From contig OY969811.1 in assembly GCA_963703315.1 (NCBI GenBank), positions 320,001 to 384,000 of the forward strand: a stretch of 64,000 nt of DNA, read 5' to 3'. A program made the translations under genes and the position numbers. This document shows, one piece after another, positions 21,165 to 30,912 of this stretch (positions are counted from its first letter, which is position 1; each line of letters opens with the position of its first letter). Under the pieces are notes generated by a model, which saw nothing but the letters and a program-made list of their open reading frames with translations, was not told the origin of the DNA and did no database searches. The stretch comes from an uncultured cyanobacterium. Its GTDB lineage: Bacteria; Cyanobacteriota; Cyanobacteriia; Pseudanabaenales; Pseudanabaenaceae.

Positions 21165-23111
21165 ATGAGCGAGATTAAGAGTAATTCCCTAAATTCAGCC
21201 AATCAAGTGCCAAATCAAGTACAGTTCCTTGATGAGTTTGAAGTAGTTGTCGTTGGTGCAGGTCATGCGGGTTGCGAAGCCGCCCTCGCCGCCGCCAGAA
21301 TGGGCTGCAAAACCTTATTACTAACTCTGAATCTCGATCGCATTGCATGGCAACCCTGTAACCCCGCCGTTGGGGGGCCTGCCAAGTCGCAACTCGTTCA
21401 TGAAGTCGATGCCCTCGGTGGTGAAATTGGCAAAATCACCGATCGCACCTATCTCCAAAAAAGAATTCTCAATGCTTCACGGGGACCTGCTGTCTGGGCG
21501 TTACGCGCCCAAACCGATAAACGCGAATATGCCGCCGAAATGAAAACGGTGGTGGAAAATGAGCCGAATCTCTCCGTGCGTGAGGGAACGGTAATTAACG
21601 TTTTATTAGATGCTAATCAAGGGATTGTCGGAGTTGAAACTCAATTTGGAGTGGGCTATGCCTGTCAAGCCGTAATCTTGACCACAGGCACATTTCTCAA
21701 TGGCAAGATCTGGGTGGGCAATCGCTCCATGTCCGCAGGTCGAGCAGGAGAATTTGCAGTGGCGGGACTTACGGAAACTCTCAATGCCTTAGGATTTGTA
21801 ACTGATCGCCTGAAAACTGGCACACCAGCGCGAGTTGATCGCCGCAGTGTGGACTATAGCAAAATGGAAGTCCAACCTTCGGATACCGAACAGAATTGGT
21901 TTAGCTTCGATCCGAGTGCATGGGTAGAACGGGAACAGATGAACTGTTACTTAACTCGCACCACTGCCGAAACCCATAAAATTATTCGTGATAATCTGCA
22001 TCTCACGCCTGTCTATGGTGGCTTTATCGATGCGAAAGGACCTCGCTATTGTCCGAGTATCGAAGATAAAATCGTGCGCTTTGCTGATAAAGAGAGCCAT
22101 CAAATTTTTATCGAACCAGAAGGTCGAAATATTCCTGAACTCTATATTCAAGGCTTCTCCACGGGAATGCCAGAGAATATTCAACTGCAAATGTTGAGAA
22201 CTCTCCCCGGTCTCGAAAATTGCAATATGCTTCGTGCCGCCTATGCAGTGGAATATGACTATATTCCTGCGACTCAGTGTTATCCCACCTTGATGACCAA
22301 GTTAATCGAAGGTCTATTTTGTGCAGGACAAATTAATGGAACTACTGGTTACGAAGAAGCTGCCGCACAGGGATTGATTGCGGGGATGAATGCCGCCCTT
22401 TTTGCCAAAGGGAAGGAAATGGTTGTCTTACCTCGCGCCAGTAGCTATATCGGTACGCTGATCGATGATCTTTGCACAAAGGAATTGCGTGAACCTTATC
22501 GAATGCTCACCAGTCGTTCTGAATATCGCTTGATTTTGCGATCGGACAATGCCGATCGCCGCCTCACACCCATCGGACGCGAAATTGGTTTAGTCGATGA
22601 TCGCCGTTGGCAACTCTTCTGTGATAAGCAAGAGCGCGTTCATGCGGAAGTACAACGTCTCAATCAAACTCGTGTCAAGGAAAAAGAAGAACTTGGTCAA
22701 AGGATTACGGCAGAAACAGGTGAAGCAATTCGTGGCGCAATTACGCTTTCGGATTTGCTGCGTCGTCCTAAGTTTAACTATGCGGAGTTAATTCACTACG
22801 GTTTAGCTGATCCAAATTTGAATCGTTTTGAACGTCTAGCTGCGGAAATTGAAGTCAAGTATGTTGGCTATATCCAACGCCAAGAGCATCAAATCGAGGA
22901 GGTTGCCAAACATAGCGATCGCAAGTTACCAACTGATATTGATTACAATGCGATCGAGACTCTATCTAAAGAATCAAGAGAGAAGTTGAGTAAGATTCGT
23001 CCGATGACGATTGGACAGGCTAGCCGTATTGGTGGGGTGAATCCTGCGGATGTGAATGCATTGCTAGTGTATTTAGAGATTCAACATCGACTGGCAGCGA
23101 AGACAAGATAA
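21165..23111 (+). CDS. mnmG: tRNA uridine-5-carboxymethylaminomethyl(34) synthesis enzyme
   Basis: [52 protein letters not shown]. Confidence 0.98.
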   Translation: MSEIKSNSLNSANQVPNQVQFLDEFEVVVVGAGHAGCEAALAAARMGCKTLLLTLNLDRIAWQPCNPAVGGPAKSQLVHEVDALGGEIGKITDRTYLQKRILNASRGPAVWALRAQTDKREYAAEMKTVVENEPNLSVREGTVINVLLDANQGIVGVETQFGVGYACQAVILTTGTFLNGKIWVGNRSMSAGRAGEFAVAGLTETLNALGFVTDRLKTGTPARVDRRSVDYSKMEVQPSDTEQNWFSFDPSAWVEREQMNCYLTRTTAETHKIIRDNLHLTPVYGGFIDAKGPRYCPSIEDKIVRFADKESHQIFIEPEGRNIPELYIQGFSTGMPENIQLQMLRTLPGLENCNMLRAAYAVEYDYIPATQCYPTLMTKLIEGLFCAGQINGTTGYEEAAAQGLIAGMNAALFAKGKEMVVLPRASSYIGTLIDDLCTKELREPYRMLTSRSEYRLILRSDNADRRLTPIGREIGLVDDRRWQLFCDKQERVHAEVQRLNQTRVKEKEELGQRITAETGEAIRGAITLSDLLRRPKFNYAELIHYGLADPNLNRFERLAAEIEVKYVGYIQRQEHQIEEVAKHSDRKLPTDIDYNAIETLSKESREKLSKIRPMTIGQASRIGGVNPADVNALLVYLEIQHRLAAKTR

Positions 23112-23138
23112 TTAGTTTTAGCGATCGCCCTAAGCACC

Positions 23139-25445
23139 ATGACTCAAGAGCCAGAACCGAAACCAAAGCTATCTCTCGAAGAGCAGATCACCGATATTGT
23201 TTTGAAAACGATCAAGACTGGTGGCATTGCTGGTGGTGGGATTGGTGCATTTTGGCAGTTGTTTATGGCGAGTGATATTCCCAAGGCGATCGCCTCGATG
23301 GTAATTGGTGCTGGTATATCCTATGGCGCGGCTTTGCTACAACCAATTCATGAGGGTAATAAAAAGCGCTTTAAGGGTTTAGGTGAGTCGGCAGATCGGG
23401 GTATCGAAAAGCTTGGCGAAAACGTAGCGGCAAATTGGCAAGCACTTGGCTTTGATGCGAAGTATCTACAATGTCAGATGTGGGACTGTCATGAAGACTA
23501 TGCGGTGGGATTGCGGGAAGATGAGAACTTGCCTGTGAATAATCCTTTGCTGCGTGAGGTATTTGTACCTTTGGAGCTATCTTCAGATTCCATTGCATCG
23601 GGTTATGAATTTCGCGATCGCGATGAAAGGTGCCAGCAGATTCAGATTTGGGAATTACTGGAAAGGGTAAAGCAGGATAATCGGTTGCGCCAGATTGCGA
23701 TTAGGGCTTGGGGCGGTTATGGCAAATCAACTTTGTTAAAGCATCTGACTTACATTTACAGCACTGGTGAATATAACAAGGGTGATTTTCGTAAATATAA
23801 GGCTCCTAAGTTTGTGCCATTTTTGCTCTATCTAGCAGGATCTTGGAAAGAGATCGCCAAAGAGAATCCGCCAGATTTGCCCGAACTATTGACCACGTTT
23901 CACATTGGGCGATTATCCAAAATCAAGGAGTTAGAAACGGTTCCACCGAATTGGGCGCTAAATTTACTACGGCGCGGTGATGCTCTGGTGATGTTTGATG
24001 GATTTGATGAAGTGCCACCTGTGCAGAGAGCAAAGGTGAGTGAGTGGCTGAGTGCAGAAATGCAGAAATATCGTGAAGCAGTTTTCATTGTGACTTCGCG
24101 CCCGACTGCTTTTCGAGAAGATTATGTAGCACGAAAACCAACTGCGAGTTTTTGGATTCAGGATTTTAATCAGGAACAGCGTAAGCAATTTGTGGAGCAG
24201 TGGTATTTGTGCCAAGAGCGCTATGCGAGGGCTGGACGGAATACTCCTGATGTGGAGGCGAAGGCGAAGGAGAGAGCGAAGTCTCTATTAGAACAAATTC
24301 AGGCACGTCCAGAGTTGAATGATATTGCGGGGAATGTGTTGCTATTGAATATGATGGCGCGGTTTCATCGGGATAATAAGATGGGGGCGGAGTTACCACA
24401 GCGTAAGGTGGAGCTATATCAAGAGATTTGTGAGTTACAGTTGGGGCGGCGACCAAGTGCTAGGGGAATTGCTCTGTTGCTAACTTCTATTAATCAACGT
24501 CAAGAGGTGTTGCAAGTTGTAGCTTTGAAAATGATGAAACGGGCTGTGTTTGACAGTGATAAAGAAGGTTTCAAACAAATTCAAAGGGATAGTTTATTGC
24601 AACTTATTCAAATGTATTTAGCAATGATCAAATCCGATGTTGATTCGCGGGAATTTTTAGCGCAAATGGTTCAGGTGAGTGAACTCTTAGTTGAAAGAGA
24701 TGGAAATATTTATCAGTTTTCGCACTTGAGCTTTCAGGAGTTTTTAGCAGCTTCAGAAATTGTCAGATTACAACAAGAAACCTTGTTATATGAGCATTTA
24801 AGCTTGAGTGCATGGAAAGATATGATTTTGTTCTATGCCAGTTTGGTTAATCCGACAAGGTTGATCCAAGAGGCAATTAATCGTAATGAAACAGATTTAG
24901 CGTATCTTATCTATCAACAAATTGATAAGAATTTAAATTTGTCGGCGGATGAGAGAAAGACTTTGGATAGTTTAAAAGAATCGGTTAATACCTCACGCTA
25001 TCATCAATTAGAAGAATATCTCAAAGCAAAGGAATGGTATAAAGCAGATGAAGAAACCTATAAGTTGATGATTACGGCGGTGGGTAAGGATGTTGGACAG
25101 GGATTTAGTTTAGATAATTTACGCAATTTCCCCTGTGATGAGTTACTGGCTATAGATCGCTTGTGGGTAAAACATAGCAATGGACTTTATGGCTTTAGCG
25201 TCCAGAAGGATATTTATGTCAAATGTGGTGGTAAGCTAGATTTTAGTTTGCCAAGTTCAGAGATTTGGGAAGAATTTTGCGATCGCACGGCATGGAAAAG
25301 CGAGGGTAAATGGGTGGACTATCCCCAACAATTTTTTGATAATAATTTTATGTATGTAAAGGGACACCTCCCAATGGGGACACCTCCCAATTTGGAGGGT
25401 GGCGATGCATACTTCTTTTCTCGCATCAAGACTTGTGAAGTGTAA
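23139..25445 (+). CDS. NACHT NTPase with C-terminal GUN4 domain
   Basis: Walker A AWGGYGKST, Walker B MFDGFDE, VTSRP, FSHLSFQEF; GUN4 W..ADEET, FPC..L..IDRLW..S.G.YGFSVQ, GHLP. Confidence 0.9.
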   Translation: MTQEPEPKPKLSLEEQITDIVLKTIKTGGIAGGGIGAFWQLFMASDIPKAIASMVIGAGISYGAALLQPIHEGNKKRFKGLGESADRGIEKLGENVAANWQALGFDAKYLQCQMWDCHEDYAVGLREDENLPVNNPLLREVFVPLELSSDSIASGYEFRDRDERCQQIQIWELLERVKQDNRLRQIAIRAWGGYGKSTLLKHLTYIYSTGEYNKGDFRKYKAPKFVPFLLYLAGSWKEIAKENPPDLPELLTTFHIGRLSKIKELETVPPNWALNLLRRGDALVMFDGFDEVPPVQRAKVSEWLSAEMQKYREAVFIVTSRPTAFREDYVARKPTASFWIQDFNQEQRKQFVEQWYLCQERYARAGRNTPDVEAKAKERAKSLLEQIQARPELNDIAGNVLLLNMMARFHRDNKMGAELPQRKVELYQEICELQLGRRPSARGIALLLTSINQRQEVLQVVALKMMKRAVFDSDKEGFKQIQRDSLLQLIQMYLAMIKSDVDSREFLAQMVQVSELLVERDGNIYQFSHLSFQEFLAASEIVRLQQETLLYEHLSLSAWKDMILFYASLVNPTRLIQEAINRNETDLAYLIYQQIDKNLNLSADERKTLDSLKESVNTSRYHQLEEYLKAKEWYKADEETYKLMITAVGKDVGQGFSLDNLRNFPCDELLAIDRLWVKHSNGLYGFSVQKDIYVKCGGKLDFSLPSSEIWEEFCDRTAWKSEGKWVDYPQQFFDNNFMYVKGHLPMGTPPNLEGGDAYFFSRIKTCEV

Positions 25446-25546
25446 ACCATAAAACTTTCACACTTCTATTAACTTTTGTAAACCGACAATTAGCTACAAC
25501 ATAATGCGCTTTTCCGATATCCGTTACCTGTCAACAGCGTCTTCAT

Positions 25547-27250
25547 CCCACATTCCGCTCGTAATGGAAGGAAAAAAACAATTACGAAACAGGAGCAGGG
25601 AGCAAATAGTAGCGTTGGCAGGAGGGAGAAAAGAAATTCAAAATGTGAAGGCGAAGCGGAGACAAATTTGCAACTTGAGTCAGGTTCTGAAAAGAAACTA
25701 AATGAACCGCCATAAAACATTGAAAAATCCAACGCAAAGTTGGCGAATTAGTGGGTTTACCCAATTGATTAGGAATAGTATCTTGAGCGATGGCTAAGGC
25801 AAGTCTGAGTTGACGTTGGGCTAAATTATAAACGAGCAAGCACAGTGCCATAATCATGCCCAAAGCCTCAATGCGTTTAGCAGACTTGAGAAAAACACTC
25901 GAAGTAAAAAACAAAGGATCTTTGAGGAAACGAAAACCACGCTCAGTGCTCTGCTGAGCCTTGTATTCCCGTAAAGCATCATCAGCCGTGAATTGTAAGG
26001 AATCAAGAATATTCGTGGCTAAAATAAACCTGCCACAACGCTGTTGCTGAGCCAAGATTTCTGAGTCTATAGGAATCACCGTTGCAGTAATCCGATAACT
26101 AATGCTGGTGGGTATAGCATCAGGTTGTGGCTTACCCCGTTTCGCATAATGTGGTTTTTCTACTGCCTGAATATGGTCGAGTTGATGCCATTTCATCTTG
26201 GTTGATAATTTTTCAGCAGCAGCGATCGCGTCAGCAGCACAGGCAAAATCTTGTCCCGCCAAAGTGTGTAAATCTTGATGACATTTTTGCTGGACTTGCT
26301 CAAGCTTTTTGTCTAACTTTTTGATGTCTGATTTACGTCTTGCTTGGCTATCAACTAAAATCCATCTCTGTCTTACACCACCATACTCACTCACAGTTTC
26401 GGCTGTCCTGTATCCCTTAAATTTACTTTCTTGTAGGTCAGTTGTGCTTGACACTAAGTCACTTGCAGTTTTGATGCTTAATGGCACTCGGGTTAGCCAT
26501 TTTAGTCCTGTCATTGCTACCAGATTTTCTTCACTGTATAGCGCTGCATCGCCTACGCATATTCCCTCAAATGTCCACTGGGTTTTGAATTCTTGTAATA
26601 GTCCTGCAAATCTTGCTTTGTCGGCTTGATTTCCACTTACCACTTCCATCATTACGGGAATGTCTCCATCTCCTACACAGATCAGGTTCATCATAAATTG
26701 CTTCAGGTCGGGGCGATGGTCGCGTGAATATCCGTGTGTGATTTCGATACTCCCTTCTTCCTCTCTGCCATATTCCCCATCTACGTGAAATGAGGTTGAG
26801 TCTATATGTCCTGTTTCTACCTTGACATCGTATTTCGCTACTGCTTTCAGGCTGATTCCTAAAAATGTCTCACTCAGTCCTGCTTCATGTAAGTCATCCA
26901 GTACTTTACCGATGCGGTCATCATTGATTTGTTCGGCTGTTATCCCTTCCCCCAATAAGTGCTCGGTTGCTTTTCCTTCAAAGAATTTACCAAACATATA
27001 CAGGGGCGCTGATACAAATCCTAATCCATTCAGGAGCATTGCTTTGACGATTACCCCTGCGCTTACTTTTTCTCTTGAGCTTCTCCCGATTATCGTGTTT
27101 ATTTCTTCCACGATTCCCATCTCGTCGATGATTCCTGCCACGATCCCTAGATGGTCTAGGTTCGTTACTTTCATCTCTGTATTAATATCTGCCTCCTCTT
27201 TTTGCCTTTTCTCTAATTATTTTACCCTTCCATTACGAGCGGAATGTGGG
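25547..27250 (-). mobile_element. Complete IS1634-family insertion sequence
   Basis: 25-bp perfect TIR CCCACATTCCGCTCGTAATGGAAGG; 5-bp TSD TTCAT at 25542-25546 and 27251-27255. Confidence 0.92.
25582..27174 (-). CDS. IS1634 family DDE transposase
   Basis: LDHLGIVAG, HIDSTSF, GYSRDHRPDLKQ, ERGFRFLKDP. Confidence 0.93.
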   Translation of the reverse strand: MKVTNLDHLGIVAGIIDEMGIVEEINTIIGRSSREKVSAGVIVKAMLLNGLGFVSAPLYMFGKFFEGKATEHLLGEGITAEQINDDRIGKVLDDLHEAGLSETFLGISLKAVAKYDVKVETGHIDSTSFHVDGEYGREEEGSIEITHGYSRDHRPDLKQFMMNLICVGDGDIPVMMEVVSGNQADKARFAGLLQEFKTQWTFEGICVGDAALYSEENLVAMTGLKWLTRVPLSIKTASDLVSSTTDLQESKFKGYRTAETVSEYGGVRQRWILVDSQARRKSDIKKLDKKLEQVQQKCHQDLHTLAGQDFACAADAIAAAEKLSTKMKWHQLDHIQAVEKPHYAKRGKPQPDAIPTSISYRITATVIPIDSEILAQQQRCGRFILATNILDSLQFTADDALREYKAQQSTERGFRFLKDPLFFTSSVFLKSAKRIEALGMIMALCLLVYNLAQRQLRLALAIAQDTIPNQLGKPTNSPTLRWIFQCFMAVHLVSFQNLTQVANLSPLRLHILNFFSPSCQRYYLLPAPVS

Positions 27251-27338
27251 TTCATTGTCACCACCGTCATTTTCCGACAATTTCTGGCAAAACATTATTC
27301 CCATAATTCTCGTAGATACTGTCTTGAGTACCAAAAAG

Positions 27339-28325
27339 TCAAGAGGGAATTTGAACAAAATTTGGGTCGAAAGAACGCTGAGACTTGAGAACGCCAAAGA
27401 CCTGTCGTAACAGCTTGTGCATGACAGCCCCAATGACAGACATTTTGGACTTACCCTTAGCCGTAAGGCGAGCGCAGAAAGCAGCAATCGGCAAATTATA
27501 ACGACGGGCAACAATCGCAGGCATAAACAAAGCTTTACGCAAACGCGAATTACCAATTTTAGATAAACGTGGCTTACCATGAATCGAAGAACCAGATGAG
27601 AACTCACGGGGAGTTAAACCCGCAAAAGCTGCCAGTTGATCAGCAGTATCAAAGGCAGAAATATCCCGAATTTCCGCCAGTAATATAGTTGCGGTCAGTT
27701 CAGCAATACCAGGAATAGAAGTCAACAAATCCCGTTGAGATTTCAAATGAGGGTGTTGATCAAAGTGCTGACGGATCAATTTTTTGGTCATCTCAATTTG
27801 CTCTTTGAGAAAATCAATGTGAGCATTAATTGCCTCAACCAAAATTGGATCAGCCGTAGCAAGACGATTCTGCTCTTGCTGCTGCATAGCAGTTAAGCTA
27901 TCTAAACGATGCACCAATGCTTGTAGTTGCTCAATTTCTAATGCTGGTGGTGTCCAAAGAGCAGGTTTTAAGGCTGCACAAAATCTAGCAATGACTTTAG
28001 CATCAGCACGGTCAGTCTTTGTACGACTTAACTCACTCTTGCCAAAGGCTTTGGGACGGGATGGATTAACAATACTTACTTTGTATCCTGCCTCTACTAA
28101 GAATCTAGCTAACCCATTGCCGTAAGTGCTGGTAGCTTCCATACAACTATGCAAGTTTGTCACATTTTGAAGGTTTAGCCATTCTTGTAATTCAGCAAAT
28201 CCTTCAGGATTGTTGGCAAATACTTTGCTCTTGATTTTGGCGTTGCCTTGGATTAGAGCAACATCAAATTTGGCTTTGCTGATATCTATTCCTAAAACAT
28301 CATATACTTCATTGTTATTGTTCAT
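27339..28325 (-). CDS. IS110 DEDD bridge recombinase
   Basis: GIDISK, MEAT, KTDRAD (DEDD); SIPGI; GLTPREFSSGSS catalytic-Ser loop; GNSRLRKAL. Confidence 0.95.
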   Translation of the reverse strand: MNNNNEVYDVLGIDISKAKFDVALIQGNAKIKSKVFANNPEGFAELQEWLNLQNVTNLHSCMEATSTYGNGLARFLVEAGYKVSIVNPSRPKAFGKSELSRTKTDRADAKVIARFCAALKPALWTPPALEIEQLQALVHRLDSLTAMQQQEQNRLATADPILVEAINAHIDFLKEQIEMTKKLIRQHFDQHPHLKSQRDLLTSIPGIAELTATILLAEIRDISAFDTADQLAAFAGLTPREFSSGSSIHGKPRLSKIGNSRLRKALFMPAIVARRYNLPIAAFCARLTAKGKSKMSVIGAVMHKLLRQVFGVLKSQRSFDPNFVQIPS

Positions 28326-28364
28326 TGGGGGCAGTCCTCTTGCTAGATTTGTCCATCAAGCAAT

Positions 28365-28567
28365 CAGTGGTATTGAACTATCCTTGTGAATGCAGGTTTA
28401 CCCGTTGGGCGACCTCTGATACTGTCCAGTCTTTACTTGTTTCCACTGTTTAAGCAGAGACGACTCTATCTACAAAACGGGCTTGGTGTCCCTAGGGGCA
28501 GATCGAGTTTATCTCTGCTTTTGCTTTTTCGGATTGTAGTAAAGATTTTATCCTTTACTTTTCCTCC
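28365..28567 (-). ncRNA. Putative bridge RNA of the IS110 element (ends approximate)
   Basis: 5' hairpin; target loop closed by AAGCAGAGA/TCTCTGCTT with guides TCTGCCCCT and TTTTGTAG; donor loop GGACAGTATCA...TTCACAAGG. Confidence 0.8.
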
Positions 28568-28577
28568 TAGATACAAG

Positions 28578-28776
28578 GGGCAGAGCATTCCCGCAGAAAT
28601 TTATGATTTTTCAGATCCTCTCAAATCGGGAATGCTCTGCCCTAAACCTCACACATTTACCGACAATCCCCAAACCGCAGAGATAAATTATTCGTTACAG
28701 CAAAGAGGGTAGAGCATTTGCCGATAGAGATTTCGGTGATAATTTACAAATATTGGCGCAAATGCTCTACCCCTAC
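28578..28776. repeat. Two REP inverted doublets upstream of RAYT
   Basis: GGGCAGAGCATTCCCG...CGGGAATGCTCTGCCC and GGGTAGAGCATTTG...CAAATGCTCTACCCCTAC. Confidence 0.8.
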
Positions 28777-28803
28777 ATTTGCCACATCTGCCATATTTAT
28801 TTT

Positions 28804-29283
28804 ATGTCTTACAATCCTGAAATTCATTATCGACGTTCTATCCGTTTGCAAGGATATGACTATACAAGCGCAGGAATCTATTTTGTAACCATCTGTTGCC
28901 ATCAAAGACAGCATTTGTTTGGAGAAATAGAAAATGGAGAGATGAAAATAAATGCGATCGGTCAAATTGTCTCTAACCTATGGCAAAAGATTCCTCAGCA
29001 TTTTCCGAATGTAGAGCTTGATGCATTTATTCTGATGCCCGATCACCTACATGGAATCATCGTAATTTCAGAATCAAAGGGAAAATCCTCCTTAGCCAAT
29101 ATTATCCAAAATTTTAAATCTATTTCCTCTCGCAAAATCAATCGTATTAACAAAAACTACGGCGTATCGATTTGGCAACGCAATTATTACGAAAAGATTA
29201 TCAGATCTGAACAGGAATTAAAAAATCTGCGTGAATACATTAAAAATAATCCAGCTAATTGGACAGATTGCAATACCGAATAA
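28804..29283 (+). CDS. REP-associated tyrosine transposase (RAYT, Y1 HUH family)
   Basis: RRSIRLQGYDY, YFVTIC, MPDHLHGI (HUH), WQRNYYEKIIR, YIKNNP; ATG 28804 lies just after the REPs. Confidence 0.88.
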   Translation: MSYNPEIHYRRSIRLQGYDYTSAGIYFVTICCHQRQHLFGEIENGEMKINAIGQIVSNLWQKIPQHFPNVELDAFILMPDHLHGIIVISESKGKSSLANIIQNFKSISSRKINRINKNYGVSIWQRNYYEKIIRSEQELKNLREYIKNNPANWTDCNTE

Positions 29284-29316
29284 ATCGAGATAATGTTTTT
29301 ATTCGCATGATTCTCT

Positions 29317-29519
29317 TAGGGGCAGAGCATTCCCGCAGAAATTTATGATTTTTCAGATCCTCTCAAATCGGGAATGCTCTGCCCTAAACCTCCCACATTC
29401 ATCGACAATCCCCAAACCGCAGGGATAAATTATGGATAAAAGCCAAGAGGGTAGAGCATTTGCGGATATAGATAGTAGTAGCAATTTGAAAGATAGTGAC
29501 GCAAATGCTCTACCCCTAC
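29317..29519. repeat. Two REP inverted doublets downstream of RAYT; direct repeat of 28578-28776
   Basis: First about 70 bp identical to the upstream block. Confidence 0.8.
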
Positions 29520-29531
29520 TGGCTCCTTCTC

Positions 29532-30764
29532 TTATTTGAACTTATCGAGAATGCGGCGCATGGCTTCATTCACGTTATCGCGACTGTTGAAAGCTGAAAT
29601 ACGGAAGTAACCTTCACCTGCTGCACCAAAACCAGAACCAGGGGTTCCGACCACATTACAGGTTTGCAAGAGCTTATCAAAGAAATCCCAACTGGTCAGC
29701 CCTGCGGGAGTCTTCACCCATACATAGGGAGCATTCTCGCCACCATAGACAGCCAAACCTGCTTCGGTCAATTTTTCACGGATAATCTTGGCGTTTTCCA
29801 TGTAGAAGTCAATCAAGGCTCTAGTTTGTGCTTTGCCTTCTTCAGAATAGACGGCTTCCGCACCACGTTGGACAATGTAGGAAACACCATTAAACTTAGT
29901 GGATTGACGACGATTCCAGAGCTTCCATAATTCGACATTAGAACCGTCTTTTGCCTTGCCAATCAAGTTCTTAGGCACTACAGTTAACGCGCAACGAGTA
30001 CCTGTAAATCCTGCATTCTTGGAGAAGGAACGGAACTCGATCGCACATTCCTTAGCGCCTTCAATTTCATAAATGGAGTGAGGAAGACTAGGATCGGTGA
30101 TAAAGGCTTCGTAGGCAGCATCAAAGAAGATGATTGAACCATTTGCCCGCGCATAATCGACCCATGCTTGCAAATGTTCCTTAGTCGCAGTTGCGCCTGT
30201 GGGATTGTTGGGGAAGCAGAGATAAATCAGATCGACTTTTTGGGTAGGAATCTCGGCGGTGAAATTATTTTCGGCGGTGACGGGTAAATAAACTAAGCCT
30301 TCGTATTCGCCTTTTTCGTTGATATCACCTGTGTGACCAGCCATGACGTTGGTATCGACATACACGGGATAGACAGGATCGGTGACAGCAATGATATTGT
30401 CATCGCCAAAAATATCGAGAATGTTGCCGCAGTCGCACTTAGAACCATCGGAAATGAAAATCTCGGAAGCGTCAATATCACAGCCTCTCGCCTGAAAATC
30501 ATGGGCGGCAATCTTTTCACGTAACCATGCGTAGCCTTGTTCAGGACCATAGCCCTTAAATGAACTGCGATCGCCCATATCTTCAACCGCTTTGATCATG
30601 GCATCACGACAGGCTTGGGGCAACGGTTCGGTGACATCGCCAATGCCGAGGCGGATCACTTTTGCGTCAGGATTTGCCTCGATAAAGGCGTTTACCCGTC
30701 TTGCGATTTCGGGAAACAGGTAGCCTGCCTTGAGTTTGAGATAGTTGTCGTTAACGGTAGCCAT
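29532..30764 (-). CDS. dapL: LL-diaminopimelate aminotransferase
   Basis: [42 protein letters not shown]. Confidence 0.97.
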   Translation of the reverse strand: MATVNDNYLKLKAGYLFPEIARRVNAFIEANPDAKVIRLGIGDVTEPLPQACRDAMIKAVEDMGDRSSFKGYGPEQGYAWLREKIAAHDFQARGCDIDASEIFISDGSKCDCGNILDIFGDDNIIAVTDPVYPVYVDTNVMAGHTGDINEKGEYEGLVYLPVTAENNFTAEIPTQKVDLIYLCFPNNPTGATATKEHLQAWVDYARANGSIIFFDAAYEAFITDPSLPHSIYEIEGAKECAIEFRSFSKNAGFTGTRCALTVVPKNLIGKAKDGSNVELWKLWNRRQSTKFNGVSYIVQRGAEAVYSEEGKAQTRALIDFYMENAKIIREKLTEAGLAVYGGENAPYVWVKTPAGLTSWDFFDKLLQTCNVVGTPGSGFGAAGEGYFRISAFNSRDNVNEAMRRILDKFK

Positions 30765-30817
30765 GATGGATGAGTTAATCTTTTTTGATTTTTGGATAGT
30801 TTTATATTATGCCTTTA

Positions 30818-30912
30818 TATAGCGTTTCACAGTCTAGTGAAGTATGGGATTGTTTCCCTGCTAAAGGCGGGGAAACAATCCTCTGTACCTTGCGTGCTTG
30901 AAAAGCGCTATA
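30818..30912. mobile_element. TATAGC-ended MITE-like repeat; inverted related copy at about 46472-46552
   Basis: Shared GGATTGTTTCCC...GGCGGGGAAACAATCC hairpin and flanks. Confidence 0.6.

Larger units (their letters stand above)
27314..28577 (-). mobile_element. Complete IS110-family (IS621-like) element, including both CT cores
   Basis: Minus strand: target GCTCTGCCC-CT-TGTAT(LE)...recombinase...TTGACT...ACAGTAT-CT-ACG; no TIRs. Confidence 0.9.

Noticed and set aside
23139..25445. Diversity-generating retroelement target
   Set aside because: No reverse transcriptase or template repeat in the window.
25446..27313. IS1634 nested inside IS110
   Set aside because: The IS110 right end (ACAGTAT-CT) is at 27314, outside the IS1634 TSD.
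28386..28712. 108-aa + strand ORF
   Set aside because: Antisense to the bridge-RNA region and crosses the IS110/REP junction.
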